A model generated the notes under the pieces. It was not told the DNA's origin. It did no database searches and saw only the letters and a list, made by a program, of their open reading frames with translations. 49,516 nt of DNA. Origin: Myxococcota bacterium (GTDB taxonomy: Bacteria; Myxococcota_A; UBA796; CAJQPC01). The stretch covers positions 1 through 49,516 of the forward strand of contig JAZAMN010000055.1 of the NCBI GenBank assembly GCA_036229005.1, written 5' to 3'. Position numbers and translations under genes: made by a program. Each line of letters starts with the position of its first letter. The first letter of the stretch is position 1. Shown one piece after another: positions 44,444-49,516 of this stretch.

Positions 44444-45794
44444 TCCGGGCGCGGGTCCCGCCCGCGGCGTTGTCCAGGAACTCCAGGTCGCCGCCCATGG
44501 CGTTCAGCAGCCGGGGGACCAGGGTCAGGCCCAGGCCCAGGCCGTCCTTGGCGCGGGTGGAGCGGTCGTCGCCCACCTCGAACAACCCGAGCTGTGGGAT
44601 GGCGGCGGGGCCGGGGCCGCAGTCGTCGACGTCGATCACGCAGTGGCCACCGTGGATCGCCGCGGTCACGCTCAGGGTGCCCTCGCCGTGGGTCAGAGCG
44701 TTCTCGACGAGCGCGTCCACGACCTGCTCCAGGCGGTGGGGATCGGTGTGTGCGTGCACCGGTCCGTCCACCTCTACCTGCAGGAGGCGCCCCTGGACGC
44801 TCATGAGGTTGAGGAAGCGGGCCCCGATGCCGTCCAGCAGATCGGCGACGCTGACGCGCTCGGGGCTGAGCTTGAAGGCCTCACCGTCAAGCTGGGTGAG
44901 GTCCAGCAGGCCGTCGATCATGCGGGTCAGGTGGCGGCCGGAGGCGTCGGCGGTCTCCAGGAGCATGGCGCGCTCGGCGGGGTCTTCCTCCAGCCTGGAC
45001 AGCTCGACGAGCGCCAGGACCTGGTGGGCGGGGGTGCGGAGCTCGTGGGAGATGCGGCGCAGGAAGGCGTTCCGTACCTGCAGGGCGTCCTCGGCGGCTT
45101 CGCGGGCGAGCTGGGCCTCTCGGCGGGCCTTGTCGACCTCGGACAGGCGGGCGCGGATCTCCTGGTTCTTCTGCTCCAGCAGGTCCAGGGCGGCGTCGCG
45201 GCTGCGGAAGCTCTGGAGCCAGCGCTGGAAGCGCACACGCAGGCTGGGCCGAGAGGGGTGGACCTCGTAGAAGGCGGTCCGGGAGTCCACCTGGACCATC
45301 TCGATCTGGGCGTCTGGGTCGATGGCCAGGAAGCTGGTCCGGTTCCCGGCCAGAGAGAGCTGGAAGAAGGCCTGGTGGGTGGGCAGCGGCTCGGGGACGT
45401 GGATCCACAAGCGGAACTCGTTGCCGTCGAGCACCTCGATGTGGGTGCTGACTGCGGGGAAGGCCTGGGCGCCGGCGACCTTGGCCAGGGCCCGCGCGAC
45501 CCCGGCGGGGTTGGGGGACCAGCGGACGAGGGCGTGGAGGGTGCGCATGCTCGGAGAGCGGAAGGACTCGGCGATCACCTCTTCGAGCTGGCCCACGTCG
45601 TGGATGTGGGGGCTGATGCGCTCCAGGACCCGGATGAACTCGCCCCAGGGCATCTCGCGGGGGCGGTCAAGCCCGACGTCCTCTGGACGCAGACCCAGCG
45701 CGGGCAGCAGGCCCAGGGTGAGCTCGATGGCGGCGGCGGCGGCCACGGGCCGGGTGCTCCGGACGAGGTGCTGCATGGGGCTGGCGGAGTTCAT
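44412..45794 (-). CDS. Cytoplasmic sensor histidine kinase
   Basis: ISHELRTP, LVENALTHG, DCGPG, GLGLGL; soluble N-terminal domain not identified; 32-bp convergent overlap with the sulfatase-like gene. Confidence 0.88.
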   Translation of the reverse strand: MNSASPMQHLVRSTRPVAAAAAIELTLGLLPALGLRPEDVGLDRPREMPWGEFIRVLERISPHIHDVGQLEEVIAESFRSPSMRTLHALVRWSPNPAGVARALAKVAGAQAFPAVSTHIEVLDGNEFRLWIHVPEPLPTHQAFFQLSLAGNRTSFLAIDPDAQIEMVQVDSRTAFYEVHPSRPSLRVRFQRWLQSFRSRDAALDLLEQKNQEIRARLSEVDKARREAQLAREAAEDALQVRNAFLRRISHELRTPAHQVLALVELSRLEEDPAERAMLLETADASGRHLTRMIDGLLDLTQLDGEAFKLSPERVSVADLLDGIGARFLNLMSVQGRLLQVEVDGPVHAHTDPHRLEQVVDALVENALTHGEGTLSVTAAIHGGHCVIDVDDCGPGPAAIPQLGLFEVGDDRSTRAKDGLGLGLTLVPRLLNAMGGDLEFLDNAAGGTRARIRVPAAPPEA

Positions 45795-45893
45795 GGGTCC
45801 TTCCTATCGCCCTCATCGGACGGATCTGCGGCCACGACAGCTCAAAGGGGGGCGGAGCGGTTAGTGGCGGCGCCCAAGAACAAGGTGCAACCG

Positions 45894-46715
45894 ATGGTGA
45901 TCCTGGTCACAGGCTGTCGATCCGGCTTCGGGCTCCTCGCTGCGGTCGAGGCCGCTCGGCGTGGACACAGGGTCTATGCGGGGCTGAGGGATCTGGGGAC
46001 CGCGGGGCCCCTGCGGGAGGCTGCGGGGGAGCTCCCGGTCTTCCCGGTGCAGTTGGACGTGACCTCGGCGGAGCAGCGCCAGCAGGTGGTCCAGCGGATC
46101 CTGGAGGAGGAGGGGAGGCTCGATGCGCTGGTCAACAACGCTGGGATCGCCCTCGGGGGCTACCTGGAGCAGATCGACGAGGATGAGCTCCGGCGCGTGC
46201 TCGAGGTCAACGTGATGGCGGTCTGGTCGCTGACCAACCTGGTGCTCCCGGCCATGCGCGAGCAGGGGAGCGGGACCATCGTCAACGTGAGCTCGATCTC
46301 GGGTCGCCTCGCGCTGCCGGGGCTGGGCGCCTACGCCTGCTCCAAGTTCGCGCTGGAGGGCATGAGCGAGGCGCTGCGGCACGAGCTGCGGCCCTTCGGA
46401 GTGCGGGTGTGCCTGATCGAGCCGGGGCCCTACAAGACGGACATCCTGGGGCGGAACCGCGCGCTGTGCAGGCGGGCCTACGAAGACGGGCCCTACACCC
46501 CCTACACCGAGAAGGCCGAGCAGCTCTTCGATCGCATCGCGACCACCGCTGGGGACCCCCTGGACGTGGCGCGGGAGATCGTGGCGCTGTGCGAGTCCAA
46601 GCGGCCGCCGCTGCGGACGGTGATGGGACCCTCGGCGCGCCTGCGGGTGCTGCTCAAGCGCTACGGCCCATGGGGCCTGTTGGAAGGCGTCATCGGGCGG
46701 GCCACCAGTCCGTGA
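45894..46715 (+). CDS. Short-chain dehydrogenase/reductase
   Basis: VTGCRSGFG, LDVT, VNNAG, NVSS, YACSK, IEPG. Confidence 0.93.
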   Translation: MVILVTGCRSGFGLLAAVEAARRGHRVYAGLRDLGTAGPLREAAGELPVFPVQLDVTSAEQRQQVVQRILEEEGRLDALVNNAGIALGGYLEQIDEDELRRVLEVNVMAVWSLTNLVLPAMREQGSGTIVNVSSISGRLALPGLGAYACSKFALEGMSEALRHELRPFGVRVCLIEPGPYKTDILGRNRALCRRAYEDGPYTPYTEKAEQLFDRIATTAGDPLDVAREIVALCESKRPPLRTVMGPSARLRVLLKRYGPWGLLEGVIGRATSP

Positions 46716-46811
46716 CAGAGCCCTGACAGTGTTTCATCCGCTGGGGTGGGGGCCAGAGAGGGGGCCAGCGGAGTAGACTTAGGGCCCAGACCCCTTGGAT
46801 CGGAGTGAGAC

Positions 46812-49516
46812 ATGCGCCGCTTGACCCTTCTGCTCGGTGCCTCCGCCGTGTTCGCCGCGCCCTCCCTGGCGAGCGCCGCATGTGGCGACGGAAGCCTCGA
46901 CAGCACCGAGAGCTGCGATGACGGGAACACCACCAGCGGGGACGGCTGCGACAGCACCTGCGCGGTGGAGGCTGGCTTTGAGTGCACGGAGGCCACCTTC
47001 GAGCTGGACTTCTACGAGCGCGTCTCCTCGGACGGCGGCTCTTCACCGAGCTGGAGCCTGAGCTCCGACAACCGAACGGTCACCCAGTCCCTCAACTCGG
47101 CGCCGGGCGTCTACATGTCCACGCTGCCGGCCACGGGCGTGACCATCGAGATGGACATCTCGGTCAACACCTCCAGCGACGACGACTTCAACGGCTTCGT
47201 CATCGGCTACGAGACCGGCGACTACACCAGCAGCTCGGCGGAGTGGATCCTCTTCGACTGGAAGCAGGGCAACCAGAACAATGGCTGCAGCTCCGGCTCC
47301 GGGGACGGCGACAAGGGCACCGCGCTGAGCCTGGTGGACGGCCCCATCAGCACCTACACCGACCTGTGGTGCCACCAGAACAACGTCAACGAGATCACCC
47401 GCGGCTCCGCCTACGGCAGCACCGGCTGGTCCGACAACAGGACCTACACGGTCGAGGTCACCTACAGCACCAGCCAGATCGACATCTACATCGACGGCAG
47501 CCTGGACTTCTCGGTGGTGCCCGCCGACGCGGGCCTGAGCGCCTTCCCCACCGGCTACTTTGGCTTCTACACCCTCTCCCAGCCCCACAACGAGTTCAGC
47601 CTGGTCTCCCCGGACGAGGGCCTGAGCGTCTGCGCCGAGCTGGACAGCGACGGGGACGGCCTGACCGACCCGGTCGAGATCGCCGCGGGTCTGGACGAGA
47701 CCTCCTCGGACACCGATGGCGACGGCATCGACGACCTGACCGAGTATGGCGATCCCACCGGCTCCGGTGAGGACACGGACGGCGACGGCACCATCGACGC
47801 AGCGGACAGCGACGACGACGGCGACGGCGTGGACACCGTGGACGAGGACATCGACGGCGACGGCGATCCCACGGACGACGACAGCGACGGTGACGGCATC
47901 GCCGACTACCTGGACTCCGACGATGACGGGGACGGGGTGGACACGGCAGACGAGGTGTACGGCTCCGTGACGGACCCCATGTCTCAGGACACCGACGGCG
48001 ACGGCGTCGCCGACTACCTGGACACTGACGACGACGACGACGGCATCCTGACCGAAGACGAGGTCTACGATGGCGTCAGCGATCCGGCCGATCAGGACAG
48101 CGACAGCGACGGCACCCCAGACTACGTCGACGCGGACGATGACGGTGACGGCATCGACACCGTGGACGAGGACATCGACGGCGACGGCGACTCCACCAAC
48201 GACGACTCCGACGGCGACGGCGTCTACGACTACCTGGACGCGGACGACGACGACGACGGCGTCGACACCATCGACGAGGACGTGGACGGCGACGGCAGCT
48301 ACAGCGACGACACCGACGGCGACGGCATCGTGGACTACCTGGACACCGACGACGACGGTGACGGCGTGGACACCGCGGACGAGGCCTACGGCAGCACCAC
48401 CGATCCCACCGCCCAGGACACCGACGGCGACGGCACCGCGGACTACCTGGACACCGACGACGACGGTGACGGCCTGCTCACCACCGACGAGGATATCGAC
48501 GGGGACGGCGACCCCACCGACGACGACTCGGACGGCGACGGCACCGCCAACTACCTGGACGATGACGACGACGGCGACGGCGTCCTCACCGAGGACGAGG
48601 ACACCACGGCCGACACGGACGGCGACGGCATCCCCGACTACCTGGACAGCGACGCGGACGGAGACGGCATCGACGACGGCGACGAGGTCACCGCCGGCAC
48701 CGATCCCTTCGACGCGGACTCCGATGATGACGGCCTGACGGACGGCGAGGAAGCGGAGCTTGGGACCGACCCCAACGACGCTGGCGGAGACCTGGACGGT
48801 GACGGCCTGAGCGACGCGGACGAGGTCAACATCCACGGCTCCGACCCCGGGGACGCGGACTCCGACGACGACGGCCTGGACGACGGCGAGGAGGTCAACA
48901 CCCACGGGACCGATCCCACCGACTCGGACTCCGACGACGATGGCCTGGACGACCGCGAAGAGGTCGAGGACTACGACACCGACCCCAACAGCGGCGACAG
49001 CGACCTGGACGGCCTGGGCGATCTGGAGGAGATCGAGGACTCCGGCACCGACCCCAACAAGGCGGACACGGACGATGACGGCCTGACGGATCTGGAGGAG
49101 ATCGAGGACTTCGGCACCGATCCCCTGGACGAGGACAGCGACGACGACGGCCTGCTGGACGGCCGTGAGATCGACGAGACCTTCACCGACCCCCTGGACG
49201 AAGACAGCGACGACGGCGGCCGCACCGACGGGGAGGAGGTCGACATCGACGGCACCGACCCCAACGACATCACCGACGACATGAGCGACCGGGACAACGA
49301 CGGGATCACCGACTGGGTCGAGGAGAACGAGACCGGCACGGACCCCGACGACGCGGACAGCGACGGCGACGGCCTGGACGACGGCACCGAGTACTACACC
49401 GAGGGCACCGACCCCCTGGACAGCGACAGCGACGACGACGGCCTGAGCGACGGCGCCGAGGTCCTGGACGAGGGCACCGACCCCCTGGACACCGACACCG
49501 ACGACGACGGCCTGGA
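46812..49516 (+). CDS. Large secreted protein, truncated at window end: Myxococcus Cys-rich repeat + thrombospondin C-terminal-like domain + long TSP3-like Ca-binding repeat tract
   Basis: Not in the ORF track (no stop in window). [45 protein letters not shown]...[27 protein letters not shown], then dozens of DxDxDG repeats. Confidence 0.92.
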   Translation, partial: MRRLTLLLGASAVFAAPSLASAACGDGSLDSTESCDDGNTTSGDGCDSTCAVEAGFECTEATFELDFYERVSSDGGSSPSWSLSSDNRTVTQSLNSAPGVYMSTLPATGVTIEMDISVNTSSDDDFNGFVIGYETGDYTSSSAEWILFDWKQGNQNNGCSSGSGDGDKGTALSLVDGPISTYTDLWCHQNNVNEITRGSAYGSTGWSDNRTYTVEVTYSTSQIDIYIDGSLDFSVVPADAGLSAFPTGYFGFYTLSQPHNEFSLVSPDEGLSVCAELDSDGDGLTDPVEIAAGLDETSSDTDGDGIDDLTEYGDPTGSGEDTDGDGTIDAADSDDDGDGVDTVDEDIDGDGDPTDDDSDGDGIADYLDSDDDGDGVDTADEVYGSVTDPMSQDTDGDGVADYLDTDDDDDGILTEDEVYDGVSDPADQDSDSDGTPDYVDADDDGDGIDTVDEDIDGDGDSTNDDSDGDGVYDYLDADDDDDGVDTIDEDVDGDGSYSDDTDGDGIVDYLDTDDDGDGVDTADEAYGSTTDPTAQDTDGDGTADYLDTDDDGDGLLTTDEDIDGDGDPTDDDSDGDGTANYLDDDDDGDGVLTEDEDTTADTDGDGIPDYLDSDADGDGIDDGDEVTAGTDPFDADSDDDGLTDGEEAELGTDPNDAGGDLDGDGLSDADEVNIHGSDPGDADSDDDGLDDGEEVNTHGTDPTDSDSDDDGLDDREEVEDYDTDPNSGDSDLDGLGDLEEIEDSGTDPNKADTDDDGLTDLEEIEDFGTDPLDEDSDDDGLLDGREIDETFTDPLDEDSDDGGRTDGEEVDIDGTDPNDITDDMSDRDNDGITDWVEENETGTDPDDADSDGDGLDDGTEYYTEGTDPLDSDSDDDGLSDGAEVLDEGTDPLDTDTDDDGL

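Noticed and set aside
47640..49516. CRISPR-like or satellite DNA periodicity
   Set aside because: The repeats are degenerate at the DNA level, in frame and protein-coding; no constant repeat with unique spacers and no cas genes.
1..49516. Prophage, IS element, defence system or structural RNA genes
   Set aside because: No integrase, transposase, phage, nuclease/ATPase defence motifs, tRNA cloverleaf or rRNA-like sequence recognised; intergenic gaps are all under about 300 bp.

Overview
Very GC-rich (about 70% by eye), densely coding bacterial window with about 41 genes. I see no rRNA, tRNA, CRISPR array, transposase or integrase. Myxococcus-type Cys-rich and MopE-type repeat proteins suggest a Myxococcota-like organism (inference). 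Recognisable content: three sensor kinases and a TPR-REC protein, a GT-C membrane glycosyltransferase, tdh, tnaA, two Thr-type sulfatase-fold lipoproteins, a tsdB-tsdA-porin operon, and a DUF2252 lipoprotein-porin-lamin-tail operon whose last gene has an in-frame TGA at a conserved Trp. It also holds a TlpA-like / unknown lipoprotein / MbnH-like di-heme operon, a Fur-boxed heme uptake operon (TonB receptor, three HmuY-like genes, hmuTUV, hmuS, a small CxC protein), and a MopE-repeat + FG-GAP surface lipoprotein. A secreted protein missing from the ORF track runs off the right end and carries a thrombospondin C-terminal-like domain followed by Ca-binding repeats. The most unusual signals are: (i) about ten lipoproteins with ultra-short, uncharged signal peptides (Cys at residue 8-11), often followed by D-T/S-rich linkers; (ii) the thrombospondin-like protein; (iii) the MbnH-like enzyme with non-MbnP partners; (iv) the exported DUF2252/porin/LTD operon; (v) a small orphan gene sitting between duplicated copies of a NUDIX gene 3' end. 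All family calls come from motifs recognised by eye; no searches were run.
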